A DNA stretch of 64,000 bases, taken from NCBI GenBank assembly GCA_032250835.1, contig JAVVEA010000008.1, positions 79,943 through 143,942 on the forward strand. The letters are read 5' to 3'. A program made the position numbers and the translations under genes. This document shows positions 30,865-40,427 of this stretch, piece by piece. The notes below the pieces were generated by a model. It ran no database searches, was not told the DNA's origin, and worked only from the letters and a program-made list of their open reading frames with translations. How positions within the stretch are numbered: position 1 is the first letter of the stretch; each line of letters opens with the position of its first letter. Origin of the DNA: a bacterium. Its GTDB lineage: Bacteria > SAR324 > XYD2-FULL-50-16.

Positions 30865-33447
30865 ATGTGGCCGATATTTTTGATTATTTTAGGGTTGGTC
30901 GGTGGGGGGGATCTGTATGCTTTGGATTTATCTCCCCAAAAAGGCGCGGTTCAGGTGGTTCAGGTCGAGCGCCTTAGCGACCCTTTGGGCCAATGGGAGG
31001 TGCAAGACCTCGACCTGCTTGATTTCAACCACCCGCCCGAATCAACCGCCCCCGGTAAGGGTACCCCGACGCTATGGCTGCGCCTTGAGGTCCACAATCC
31101 TTTGGCGAATCCACAAACTTGGTTCCTGCGCTTTGAAGACCCGGTGGACCGTCCGGTAAGGATGTTTTTACTGGGCTCCTTGGGCATTTTTAGCTCACAA
31201 ACCAGCTTAGGCAACATCCCCTTTGGCCCCGAAGGGTTCCAGCCCTTCCATAGCCACCCGGTCTTTGGGTTGTCTCTGGCGGGCTATCAAAACCGGCAGA
31301 TTATCTTAAAATTGGTCTTGGAGCCCCGCTACCTACAAGACAACCCCCGCATTAGCCTACTGACGCCGAAGGCCTATGCCGAGGCCCAAGGGGAACAACG
31401 GTTGGCCCAGGGAGCCTATCTGGGCTTGGTTTTGGCTTTGGTCCTGCTCTCGTTGTTTGGTTGGTTGCACCGCCGCCACCGGGGCTATCTTTACTTCGGC
31501 CTGAGCCTTCTTTTCTTGGCCGGGGCGCAGGTTTTTTTGACCGGACAGGGGTTAGAATTTTTGTGGCACCCCCGCTTTCGGCTCTACCCGCAAATTTGGG
31601 GGCAGGCCTTGGCCTGCTTAGGCTTGCTGGCGCTAACGTTGTTTTATCGGCGCGGGTTAGGGCTAGGTGCGGGGCTGCGGCGTAGTCTTGATGGTTTGTT
31701 GGCGGTCCAGTTGTTGGCCTTGGCTTTGGGGCCGCTCTATGGGTTTTGGATCAACCCCGACCTGCCTTGGTTGGGCCTGTTGGCCTTGCTCAGCCTGAGC
31801 GGTTGGGCCTTGGCGTTGTCCGAAAGACCGAACCTCCGGTGGCAATTGCCCGCCGCCGCGCTGCTGGTCGCTTCGCTCTTTTCCCCCTGGTTTAACGCCT
31901 TGGCCTGGATGGCTCCGGTGGCTCAGTTTCTCGCCTTGGCGTTGTTTGTGTGGCAACGCTCTCAGGCTTCGGACCAAACCTATTTTGATAAAATCGCGAA
32001 ATTTTCCGGTGAAATCCGGTTGCGGGATGAATATGTCTTGAGCCTTGAAGCAAAGATCAACGAGCGGACCCAGTCGCTGTTGGTCGCCAAAGCCAATGCA
32101 GAGGAAAGCAACCGCGAGCGGGCCGAATTGCTGGAAATATTGGTCCGGCGTCTGGCCGGGCAACTGACGCCCGAACAGCCCCAACTAGAAACGATGGTCC
32201 AAGACCTCTTGGACTATGCCCGTTTGTCCCAGGCCCTTCCCGCCGCCGAAGCAGTAGAGCCGGTGGCCGAGCTACGGGCCTTGGCGGGTATCTGCCTGCC
32301 CCAGGCCTTAGCGGCTCAAATTACCTTCACCATCGAATGCCCAGACGACCTCCCCGCCCGGCTGATGCTCTGCCGTCCGGTTTTTTGGCAAATTGGTCTG
32401 CGGCTCTTTGAGGTGGGGATGCGCTTAGATGCCGGGGGTGCTTTGCGGATGGCGTTGAGCCAACCGCTGGCCGGAGAATTGCGGCTTTCTGTTTGGATCG
32501 CCGGGTTAGAAGGGACTGAAGACGAGATGGTCCAGTACGTTAGCCCCCTGGCCCAGTCAGGCTCTATGTCCTTGGCGGTGGTCAAAGGCTGGACCGAAGC
32601 ATTGGGCGGGGAGATGCGCTTTGAAGCAGCCCATGGGGGGCAATGGGTTCATGCGCTGTTGCCGGTGGCTCCGGCCACTGGGGACTGGCGCGAAAGGCCC
32701 TTTGAAGGGCAAAGGGCTCAGGTGGTCGCCGCTAGCAGCCTTAAAAACCGCGCCATCCGCCTAGCCCTAGCCGCTTTGGGGGTCGAGTCCTTGCCGCCAG
32801 TTGAGCCCCAGGACTTTGAGGGGGCCGATTGGTTGGTGTTGGGGGAGTTGGCCAGTTGGGCTGGTGCCGAGGCATGGCGCGAAGCGGCCCAGAGAACCTC
32901 CACCGCCCTGGTCGACTTGGCTTTGGACCGGAACTTGGCGGGCTTGGATTTAGATTCTTTAGCCGCAGCCCTACAGGACCCGCCCCAAAGGGTCGAAACG
33001 CCCCTGGTGGCACCGATCGAAGGGAGTCTGGCCGAGCGGCTGCCCCTGAGGATCGCGGTGGCCGAAGACGACCCGACCAGCCGCGTTTATCTGCAAAAAA
33101 TGCTGGAGTACCAAGGCTATCAGCCCCAGGTGGTGACGAACGGCAAGAAGCTGGTAGAGCTTCTGCGGCAGGTTGAGGTGGATGTGGTGTTGTTGGACGT
33201 GCGGATGCCGGTGATGGACGGCTTAGAAGCGGCGCGGAGAATCCGCGCGCGCCTGGGGCCCGACCGCACCCCCTTGTTGGTGGCCCTGACTTCCAATGCC
33301 TTAGAGCAGGACGAAGCCTTGTATCTGTCTATCGGGTTGGATGGATTCTTAGTTAAGCCCTTGTTGCCAGACAGTATGGAGCGCTTGGCCCTGGGGTGGA
33401 GTCGAAAAATAGCGGCAAAAAGAAAAACGGCGGGTCCCTTGGCTTGA
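30865..33447 (+). CDS. 7TM-DISM-type hybrid sensor with degenerate kinase core and intact receiver domain
   Basis: WLRLEV extracellular domain, multiple TM segments, ERT..L..AK..AEESNR linker, REC (AEDD, LLDVRMPVMDG, ALT, KP); H and N boxes absent. Confidence 0.8.
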   Translation: MWPIFLIILGLVGGGDLYALDLSPQKGAVQVVQVERLSDPLGQWEVQDLDLLDFNHPPESTAPGKGTPTLWLRLEVHNPLANPQTWFLRFEDPVDRPVRMFLLGSLGIFSSQTSLGNIPFGPEGFQPFHSHPVFGLSLAGYQNRQIILKLVLEPRYLQDNPRISLLTPKAYAEAQGEQRLAQGAYLGLVLALVLLSLFGWLHRRHRGYLYFGLSLLFLAGAQVFLTGQGLEFLWHPRFRLYPQIWGQALACLGLLALTLFYRRGLGLGAGLRRSLDGLLAVQLLALALGPLYGFWINPDLPWLGLLALLSLSGWALALSERPNLRWQLPAAALLVASLFSPWFNALAWMAPVAQFLALALFVWQRSQASDQTYFDKIAKFSGEIRLRDEYVLSLEAKINERTQSLLVAKANAEESNRERAELLEILVRRLAGQLTPEQPQLETMVQDLLDYARLSQALPAAEAVEPVAELRALAGICLPQALAAQITFTIECPDDLPARLMLCRPVFWQIGLRLFEVGMRLDAGGALRMALSQPLAGELRLSVWIAGLEGTEDEMVQYVSPLAQSGSMSLAVVKGWTEALGGEMRFEAAHGGQWVHALLPVAPATGDWRERPFEGQRAQVVAASSLKNRAIRLALAALGVESLPPVEPQDFEGADWLVLGELASWAGAEAWREAAQRTSTALVDLALDRNLAGLDLDSLAAALQDPPQRVETPLVAPIEGSLAERLPLRIAVAEDDPTSRVYLQKMLEYQGYQPQVVTNGKKLVELLRQVEVDVVLLDVRMPVMDGLEAARRIRARLGPDRTPLLVALTSNALEQDEALYLSIGLDGFLVKPLLPDSMERLALGWSRKIAAKRKTAGPLA

Positions 33448-33481
33448 TCAATTGAATCACTCAGGGTAACTTAAGGGCCAT

Positions 33482-34765
33482 ATGAATCATTTTACCTTAA
33501 AATCCATGAAATCATACGCCAACCCGATCTTTTGGGCCTTGCTCGTCGCCTGGGGCTTGGGCTCCTGTTCGGCCCCACAGGCCTCGCTATTCGAGGTCCA
33601 GCGCCCTGCCAAGATTGCCTTGGATGCGCGCCTAAAGACCCTCTTTATCGACCCTGCCTCCTTTGACGGGACCAATGACCGCTTAGGGCTCAAAGACGCG
33701 CTGCTGCAACGCCTTAAATCCGATATTGAGCGCCAAGGACGCTTTAAGGTGGTGCTGGGCAAGGTCGCCGGAGTGGACCTGAACCTAGAGCCGGTGGCGG
33801 TGATTCAAGGATCGGTAACCAGTAAAGAAGGCAGCGAAACGGGCCAGTTTACCGAAATAGCCACCTGCGAAGGCGGCTTGGGCGGTCTGGCGGCGGGGCT
33901 TTCGCAGATTGACAAAAAACAAGGGGTGACGGTTAGCCAGCGGGGTCTGATCTGCCGTAGCGGGGACAACACCGAAAGCGCGGTACTCAGCGCCGGAATC
34001 GGTATGTTGACCAGTATGGCCACCGGTGAGAAACAACGAGTTCCGCCCAAGGACTCGGTAGTGCGGGTTTACCGCTATAAAAACCTAAACTTTTACGCCC
34101 AGTTGGATATTTCGGTGACCTACGTAGGGCAGGACCGCCGTACCCTGACGATTGCTTCTGAGTCCTCCAACTTTTCGCGTCATTTGGTCCAACCGGCAGT
34201 CAACGTGCATGATACCAGTATAGGGATCGGCGCTTTGGGTGTAGCTTTAGGCGCGCCGGTTTTTCCGGTGGTGATCGAGCAGGTAGCACTGGCCCAAGGC
34301 AGCAACCCCGGCCACGCCGAGGGCCGCTGGACTGGGGTGCGGGCCGAAGCCTGGGAAAAACGGGATCTACCGCCCGATGAACGGGCCGAAGTGATCTCTC
34401 AGTTGGTACGCCGGATCGTGCAGCCCGTGATGCGCCGGGTCACGCCTTACAAAGAGACAATAGAGGCCCAAGTGGCCCCAGGTGGCTCGGTGGAGGTGGA
34501 ACCTTTGCTGGTTCAGGGGCAATGGAAGGAGGTCAAAGACCGTTTGGCGGGCCTCCAGAAGAAAACCCCGGCAGATTTGTATAATTTGGGCTTGGCCTTT
34601 GAAGGCGGTGCCGCCAGCGAAGCCGACTATGTACAGGCCCAAGAATATTACCGGCAGGCCTTAGAGGCCGAAGAAAACAAAATCTTCGCCGAAGGGATTG
34701 GCCGGATGGAGCGCCGACTGGCAGAGACCAGAGCGCTTAAGGATCAAATGGAGGTCAAAGGATGA
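33482..34765 (+). CDS. Lipoprotein with C-terminal TPR (paralog 1 of 3)
   Basis: Lipobox LGSC; DLYNLGLAFE; start may be at a slightly later Met. Confidence 0.8.
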   Translation: MNHFTLKSMKSYANPIFWALLVAWGLGSCSAPQASLFEVQRPAKIALDARLKTLFIDPASFDGTNDRLGLKDALLQRLKSDIERQGRFKVVLGKVAGVDLNLEPVAVIQGSVTSKEGSETGQFTEIATCEGGLGGLAAGLSQIDKKQGVTVSQRGLICRSGDNTESAVLSAGIGMLTSMATGEKQRVPPKDSVVRVYRYKNLNFYAQLDISVTYVGQDRRTLTIASESSNFSRHLVQPAVNVHDTSIGIGALGVALGAPVFPVVIEQVALAQGSNPGHAEGRWTGVRAEAWEKRDLPPDERAEVISQLVRRIVQPVMRRVTPYKETIEAQVAPGGSVEVEPLLVQGQWKEVKDRLAGLQKKTPADLYNLGLAFEGGAASEADYVQAQEYYRQALEAEENKIFAEGIGRMERRLAETRALKDQMEVKG

Positions 34766-35898
34766 GCCGATTTACCTGGGGACTTTTGGCTTTGGGCTTC
34801 TTGGCGGCCTCCTGCGCCCCGCAGGTCCAGTTAAAAACCTTGCGCCCCGCTGAAGTGGATACGGGCGGCATCCGCCGGGTGGCGGTGGGCCCCTTTGAAA
34901 TAATGGGGCTCAATGAGCGGCTCCAAAGCGAACGCAACGGCCAATGGACCACCCAACCGGTCCAGTTAAGCGCCGCCCAGAAACAAGCCCTATCGGACCA
35001 AATCCGGGCTCAGGTGGTCGCGCGGCTGGCGGCTACGCCTTATTATGAACTGATCTACACCGACGAGTTTGCCGCTTTAGATAGCGACGAAAAGCTGCAA
35101 GCAGTGATTGCGGCGGCGGGCTATAGAGACCGGCAGACCCAGGCGGTGATCAGCGGCCGGGTCTGGATTGAGTTGGTCAAAACCGACGGGGCGATGCCCA
35201 AAAAGACAGAGATGGATTTTGTGGCCGGTGGCCGCAGTGACCTGTCGCTGTCTGTAGAAAAAATGGTTTGGTGGCCCTATAAAGCGTTGCGCGGGAACTT
35301 GACCTTAGAACTGAAGATGACCCAACTGGTGCCTACCGAGGTTGTTGCCGCCAGTATCGACACCCGGCGCTACGCCCACCGCATCGGCGGTGAGCCCTTA
35401 GACTTTCTCGACCAAATCCGCAATGTTGCCCAGGATATGGGCGAAGGGGGCGGCGAGGCCGAAGAATCTCAGTTTAATGTGATTGAGGGCTCCGATCAGG
35501 TGCTGCCCAGCTTTGAACAATTAACGGGCATCTTGGCCGCTTCGGTGGCCACCGACTTTATCCGCAAGATTTCGGTTACCGAAAGCCGTCAGGCCCTAAG
35601 TGTGGCCACCGGCGGGGACCAGCGGGGCAAACTGTTGGTGGAGGCCGGTGCTTATGGGATGGCCATTGACCGTTTGCAGCAGGTCACGGCCCAAGCACCC
35701 CAAGGGGACGATCTTTACAATCTGGGCTTGGCCTATGAGGCGAGCGGGGAATATGGCTTGGCTCGTTTGACCTACCGAGAAGCGCTAAAACTACAGGGCG
35801 AAAATCCCCTCTACGCCCAGGGCCTGGGACGGATCGAGCGGATGTTGCGGCAAAAGCCCAGACTGCGAAGCCAGCTAAGCGACAAGGGGACTAAATGA
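34762..35898 (+). CDS. Lipoprotein with C-terminal TPR (paralog 2 of 3)
   Basis: Lipobox AASC; LRPAEVD..GIRRVAV; DLYNLGLAYE; ATGA overlap. Confidence 0.8.
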   Translation: MSRFTWGLLALGFLAASCAPQVQLKTLRPAEVDTGGIRRVAVGPFEIMGLNERLQSERNGQWTTQPVQLSAAQKQALSDQIRAQVVARLAATPYYELIYTDEFAALDSDEKLQAVIAAAGYRDRQTQAVISGRVWIELVKTDGAMPKKTEMDFVAGGRSDLSLSVEKMVWWPYKALRGNLTLELKMTQLVPTEVVAASIDTRRYAHRIGGEPLDFLDQIRNVAQDMGEGGGEAEESQFNVIEGSDQVLPSFEQLTGILAASVATDFIRKISVTESRQALSVATGGDQRGKLLVEAGAYGMAIDRLQQVTAQAPQGDDLYNLGLAYEASGEYGLARLTYREALKLQGENPLYAQGLGRIERMLRQKPRLRSQLSDKGTK

Positions 35899-37016
35899 AA
35901 TATTTATGGGTGATCCTGGGCCTAGCCCTGCTTTCGGGCTGTGCGCCAGACCTGACCATTTACGCCACCAAGCCCGGAAAACTGCAGTTAGACCAGATCG
36001 AATATTTGGTGGTGGAGCCCTTCGAGGACCAAACCGGGGTGGTTATCGACCTGCCCCAAGGACTGAACGTAAAATCCAATGCGGCCCTAGGCCCGCTTTT
36101 GCGTGCCCAGGTTTTAAAAGGCCTGTCCAGCGGGGGGCAATATCGCTTGCTTCCGGACCACAAGGGCCTTCAGGGGGTCCAGCCGGCTTTGGGTAAGGTG
36201 GCGATCCTGCGGGCCAAGCTGGCCTATTTTGAAATGGAGCGACAAGGCGGGGACCAACAGTTCCATGTCTTTTTGGCCAAAAAGACCAACACCCAATCGG
36301 TCGGCGAATTGCTGGCGGTCACCGCCGGTTCGGCCATTGCTTCGAGCGCCGAACGCTCGGGCAAAGGCTTTAAGGTAGCGCACCCCTATGTGGAACGCGC
36401 CGCCGCCTTGCAGGTTACCTTCTTGTTGGTGTCGGCCCTAGACGGGGAACCTTTAGCTGCGCCGATCACTAAAAACCTGCACTTCCACAAAAAGTGGGGC
36501 GGAACTGAGGGTTCTTCGATGTTAGATCCCGACCTTGAGGCGGCTTTTGGGGTAGACAACCTTAACGTTGAGGACCTCTGGGCTGAGTTGGGTCAGGTGG
36601 ACGACCGTTTGCGCATGAAGACCCAAAACCCCGATGAATATATTGCCAAGGGGTATCACCTCAAAGAGGACGTTAAAGTGCCTTTGCTGTTGAGTGACCT
36701 GCGGGCCCGGTTGAGCCGCGAGGCCGCACAGGCCTTGACCCAACAGATCAGCCAGCATCAGGTTCCCTTCGCCTTGGACTTGAGCGGTGGTGACGGCGTG
36801 GCCATTAATTTGATCAAAGGTGGGGCCTTTAACGAGGCGATCAACCGGCTAGAAGCCCTGCCCGCGCCTTTGGATGCAGGGGATCAATATAACCTGGGGG
36901 TAGCCTATGAGGCGATGGGCGAGTATGCCCAGGCGCGGCGCAAGTACGGCGCGGGCTTGGACGCCGATCCGGGCTCCTCATTGTTTAAACAGGCCTTGCA
37001 ACGGGTACAGAACTGA
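35895..37016 (+). CDS. Lipoprotein with C-terminal TPR (paralog 3 of 3)
   Basis: Lipobox LSGC; DQYNLGVAYE; ATGA overlap. Confidence 0.8.
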   Translation: MKYLWVILGLALLSGCAPDLTIYATKPGKLQLDQIEYLVVEPFEDQTGVVIDLPQGLNVKSNAALGPLLRAQVLKGLSSGGQYRLLPDHKGLQGVQPALGKVAILRAKLAYFEMERQGGDQQFHVFLAKKTNTQSVGELLAVTAGSAIASSAERSGKGFKVAHPYVERAAALQVTFLLVSALDGEPLAAPITKNLHFHKKWGGTEGSSMLDPDLEAAFGVDNLNVEDLWAELGQVDDRLRMKTQNPDEYIAKGYHLKEDVKVPLLLSDLRARLSREAAQALTQQISQHQVPFALDLSGGDGVAINLIKGGAFNEAINRLEALPAPLDAGDQYNLGVAYEAMGEYAQARRKYGAGLDADPGSSLFKQALQRVQN

Positions 37017-37026
37017 GTTTTTTCGG

Positions 37027-37055
37027 TTGACTGGCTTTGGGGATTGTCCCATAAT
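37027..37055 (+). promoter_or_regulatory. Sigma70-type promoter of rpsA
   Basis: TTGACT-N17-CATAAT. Confidence 0.65.
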
Positions 37056-37108
37056 TCCCTTTTTACACCCCGGTCTTTGCGCCTATTCGCGCCAAGGCCT
37101 TGTAACCT

Positions 37109-38857
37109 ATGTCAACCATTCAGCTTCAACCTCCACCGATGACCGTAAACCAAACTAAACTCGACACGAAAGTCCAATTCCTCGACGAGGAAATTGATTT
37201 CGACGCTATGGTCGAAGCCAATCTGGCCAACCTGAACGAAAGCGAAATCGTTCATGGTAAAATCACCAAGATTGGTAAGGACTTCGTAACCGTCGATTTC
37301 GGCTACAAATCTGAGGGCCAGATCCCCCGCCAGGAATTCTACAACGCCGAAGGCGAATTGGAAGCCAACCTGGGTGATGATGTCGAAATCTATGTCGATA
37401 AATTCGAAGACGAAGACGGACAGGTCGTCGTTTCAAAAGAAAAAGCCGTCAAACTCCGTGTTTGGGAAGACGTCGGCGAAGTCTACGAAAAAGATGGCAC
37501 CGTTTCGGGTATCATTACGGCCCGCATCAAAGGCGGTCTCTCGGTGGATATTGGCATCAAGGCATTCCTCCCCGGCTCTCAGGTGGACCTGCGCCCCGTG
37601 CGCAACCTGGACAAGCTGATCGGCGAGCGTTTCGACTTCAAAATCCTCAAGTACAACCCCAAGCGCGGCAACATCGTTTTGTCTCGCCGGGCTATCCTCG
37701 AGGCGGACCGCGCAGAACAGCGCAAGAAGACCCTGGAATTGTTGACCGAAGGTGCGTTGATCAAAGGCCACGTCAAGAACATCACCGATTACGGTATCTT
37801 CGTGGATCTGGGTGGCGTCGACGGCTTGCTGCACATCACCGACATGACCTGGGGCCGCATTGTGCACCCCTCGGAGATGTACAACATTGGCGACGAGATC
37901 GAAGTGTTGGTGCTTAAGTTTGACGAGCGCGAAGAGAAAGTCTCTCTGGGCCTCAAGCAGAAGTCCAAGAATCCTTGGGACGAAGTGGCCAGCAAGTTCC
38001 CTGTGGGAACCGAAGTCAACGGTAAGGTGGTCAGCTTGACTAACTACGGTGCCTTCATCGAGATCGAAGAAGGTGTCGAAGGTTTGATCCACGTCTCCGA
38101 AATGTCTTGGACCAAAAAAGTTCGCCAGCCCTCGAGCGTGGTCAACCTAGGTGACGAGATCAGCGCGGTGATCAAAGAATTGGATGTGGAAAACCGCCGC
38201 ATCAGCCTTTCGATGAAAGAAGCTATGTCGAACCCCTGGAAGGAAGTGGCCGATGCCAAGCCGACCGGTTCGATGGTCAAAGGGGTGATCCGCAACATCA
38301 CCGACTTCGGTATCTTTGTCGGCCTCGACGAAGGAATCGACGGCTTGGTGCACGTTTCGGACATGTCCTGGTCTACTCGCCAGCGCAACCCTCACGACCT
38401 CTACAAAAAAGGTGACGAGATCGACGTTAAGATCTTGAACATCGACGTAGACAACCAGCGCCTCTCTTTGGGCATCAAGCAGCTTGAAGAAGATCCCTGG
38501 GAGCACATCGAAGACGAAGTCCAGGAAGGGGACGAGGTCTTGGGCCAAGTGGTCCACGTGGCCGACTTCGGCGTGTTTGTTGAGATCAAGGCCGGTGTAG
38601 AAGGTTTGGTGCATGTTAGCGAACTGGACAAGGACGTAGCCAAGAAATTGGAGCAGTTCTATCCCGTAGGCAGCCAAATCCAGGCTAAAGTGATCAACAT
38701 CAAGCCTGCTGAGCGTCGCTTGGGTCTGTCGGTAACCGGTTTGATCGGTGAAGACGGCTCCATGACCCCGATTAGCGAGTTGATCGCCCAGGCTCAGGCC
38801 GAAACCAGTAGCGAAGCCGCCGCCGCTCCCGCTGGCAAAGAGGAAGGCGAAGAGTAA
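37109..38857 (+). CDS. rpsA: 30S ribosomal protein S1
   Basis: Six S1 repeats (AFLPGSQVD, DGLLHITDM, EGLIHVSEMSW etc.); start could be 37139. Confidence 0.97.
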   Translation: MSTIQLQPPPMTVNQTKLDTKVQFLDEEIDFDAMVEANLANLNESEIVHGKITKIGKDFVTVDFGYKSEGQIPRQEFYNAEGELEANLGDDVEIYVDKFEDEDGQVVVSKEKAVKLRVWEDVGEVYEKDGTVSGIITARIKGGLSVDIGIKAFLPGSQVDLRPVRNLDKLIGERFDFKILKYNPKRGNIVLSRRAILEADRAEQRKKTLELLTEGALIKGHVKNITDYGIFVDLGGVDGLLHITDMTWGRIVHPSEMYNIGDEIEVLVLKFDEREEKVSLGLKQKSKNPWDEVASKFPVGTEVNGKVVSLTNYGAFIEIEEGVEGLIHVSEMSWTKKVRQPSSVVNLGDEISAVIKELDVENRRISLSMKEAMSNPWKEVADAKPTGSMVKGVIRNITDFGIFVGLDEGIDGLVHVSDMSWSTRQRNPHDLYKKGDEIDVKILNIDVDNQRLSLGIKQLEEDPWEHIEDEVQEGDEVLGQVVHVADFGVFVEIKAGVEGLVHVSELDKDVAKKLEQFYPVGSQIQAKVINIKPAERRLGLSVTGLIGEDGSMTPISELIAQAQAETSSEAAAAPAGKEEGEE

Positions 38858-38879
38858 GCGACTTAGCTTATAGAGTAAG

Positions 38880-38917
38880 AAAGGCGGCCCTCCGAACGGA
38901 GGGCCGCCTTTTTTTTT
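38880..38917 (+). terminator. rpsA intrinsic terminator
   Basis: AAAGGCGGCCCTCCG-AA-CGGAGGGCCGCCTTT perfect stem plus T-tract. Confidence 0.93.
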
Positions 38918-38920
38918 GCT

Positions 38921-39406
38921 CGCCAAGCAGCACCGAACGAAGTGAGGGCTGCGGGCGTAGCGACGCGAGCCGGCGGCGGTTGCCCAGCCTAAAACTGTTG
39001 GCGAAGCCAACATCCCCATAAAAATCTTCATCCAGGTTGATAGCTCCGAGGCCGCAGGCCGAGGGCGACGTGTGTGACAACGCGAGCCGGCGGCGGTCGC
39101 GCAGCCAAAGCCAACACTCCTTATTTACAGGCTCATTGGAAGCACGAAGCTACCGGAAGAATAAAAGAGATGGGATTACTTTCTTTGGCACACTAAGGAG
39201 CTTCGAGGCCGTAGGCCGAGGGCGACGTGTGTGACAACGCGAGCCGGCGAGTGTTGCGCAGCCTAAACAGTTGGCGAAGCCAACACCCATTGAAAAGTAA
39301 CAAAGAAACCTGCCCTCGACCTTCGCGCTCAAGACCCCTTAGCCTCACTCGCTAAAAGCCAAAAACTCGCCCCGCCAAGCAGCACCGAACGAAGTGAGGG
39401 CTGCGG
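38921..39406. repeat. Mosaic intergenic repeat cluster (REP/short-dispersed-repeat-like)
   Basis: 34-bp exact repeat at 38921 and 39373; 51-bp repeat (49/51) at 39042 and 39199; about 28-bp repeat at 38985 and 39259. Confidence 0.88.
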
Positions 39407-39449
39407 CCTCAAAGCTTCTTGGCGAGGCGCGAGCCCAGGAAATAGGGAC

Positions 39450-40427
39450 TCAGCCCCTTTGGGATTCTTGCTGTTGCCAGTCCCAGGCACTCTGGATGAT
39501 CTGCTTTAGGTCCGTATATTCAGGCTTCCAGCCTAAGACCTCTTGGGCCTTTTGGTAATCGGAAATCAAGCTTGGCGGGTCGCCGGGTCGCCGGGGGGCT
39601 TGGTTGACCTTAAATTGCCGCCCCGAAACCTGGGCAACGGCTTGTACCATCTCTTTAACCGAAAAGCCTTGATTACAGCCTAGGTTAAAGATCTCGGACT
39701 GGTCGTTGGCAAGCAGCCATTTTAAGGCCAACTGGTGGGCCCGGGCTAAATCGGAGACGTGGATATAATCGCGCACACAGGTTCCGTCGGCGGTGTCATA
39801 ATCGTCGCCGAAGATCGAAAAGCTTTCGCGCTGGCCTAAGGCTGTTTCAATCGCCAAGGGAATGGCGTGGGTTTCCGGCAGATGCCGCTCGCCGACTTCC
39901 AGTTCTGGGTCCGCCCCGGCAGCGTTGAAGTAACGCAAGATCGCATAGTTGAGGCCATAAGCTTGCTGGTAATCGATCAGTAATTGTTCGATCATCCGCT
40001 TGGTGCGGCCGTATGGATTGATCGGGTCAGGCGGTTCCGCTTCGCTGATAGGTATCTGGCTAGGTTGACCATAGATGGCGCAGGTCGAAGAAAAGATGAT
40101 CTTGTCGACCCCGTGGTTGCGCATGGCACTTAGCAGGTTAAAACTCCCCACCACGTTGTTGTCGTAATACTTTTGCGGATCTTCGAAGGACTCCCCCACG
40201 TAGGCCTTAGCGGCAAAGTGGATCACCGCAGAGATAGGGTATGCGCCAAATACTTGCTCTAGGGCTGCGGGATCGCGCAGGTCACCTTCAAAGCATTGGC
40301 CCCATTTTAAGAAGTCCCGGTGCCCGGTGCTGAAGTTGTCGAAAACTAGGCAATCTTGGCCTGAATTAGCCAGCAATTTGAGGGTATGGCTGCCAATGTA
40401 GCCCGCGCCTCCGGTGATCAAGATCAT
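39450..40427 (-). CDS. galE: UDP-glucose 4-epimerase
   Basis: TGGAGYIGSH, FSST-A-YG, YGRTK, LRYFNAAGA, GTCVRDYIHV. Confidence 0.95.
   Translation of the reverse strand: MILITGGAGYIGSHTLKLLANSGQDCLVFDNFSTGHRDFLKWGQCFEGDLRDPAALEQVFGAYPISAVIHFAAKAYVGESFEDPQKYYDNNVVGSFNLLSAMRNHGVDKIIFSSTCAIYGQPSQIPISEAEPPDPINPYGRTKRMIEQLLIDYQQAYGLNYAILRYFNAAGADPELEVGERHLPETHAIPLAIETALGQRESFSIFGDDYDTADGTCVRDYIHVSDLARAHQLALKWLLANDQSEIFNLGCNQGFSVKEMVQAVAQVSGRQFKVNQAPRRPGDPPSLISDYQKAQEVLGWKPEYTDLKQIIQSAWDWQQQESQRG

Noticed and set aside
38147-39031. 294-aa minus-strand ORF
   Set aside because: Antisense to rpsA and runs through its terminator; a codon-bias shadow
38921-39406. CRISPR array or small genes in the repeat cluster
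   Set aside because: Repeats are of several kinds with irregular spacing; the short ORFs simply translate the repeats
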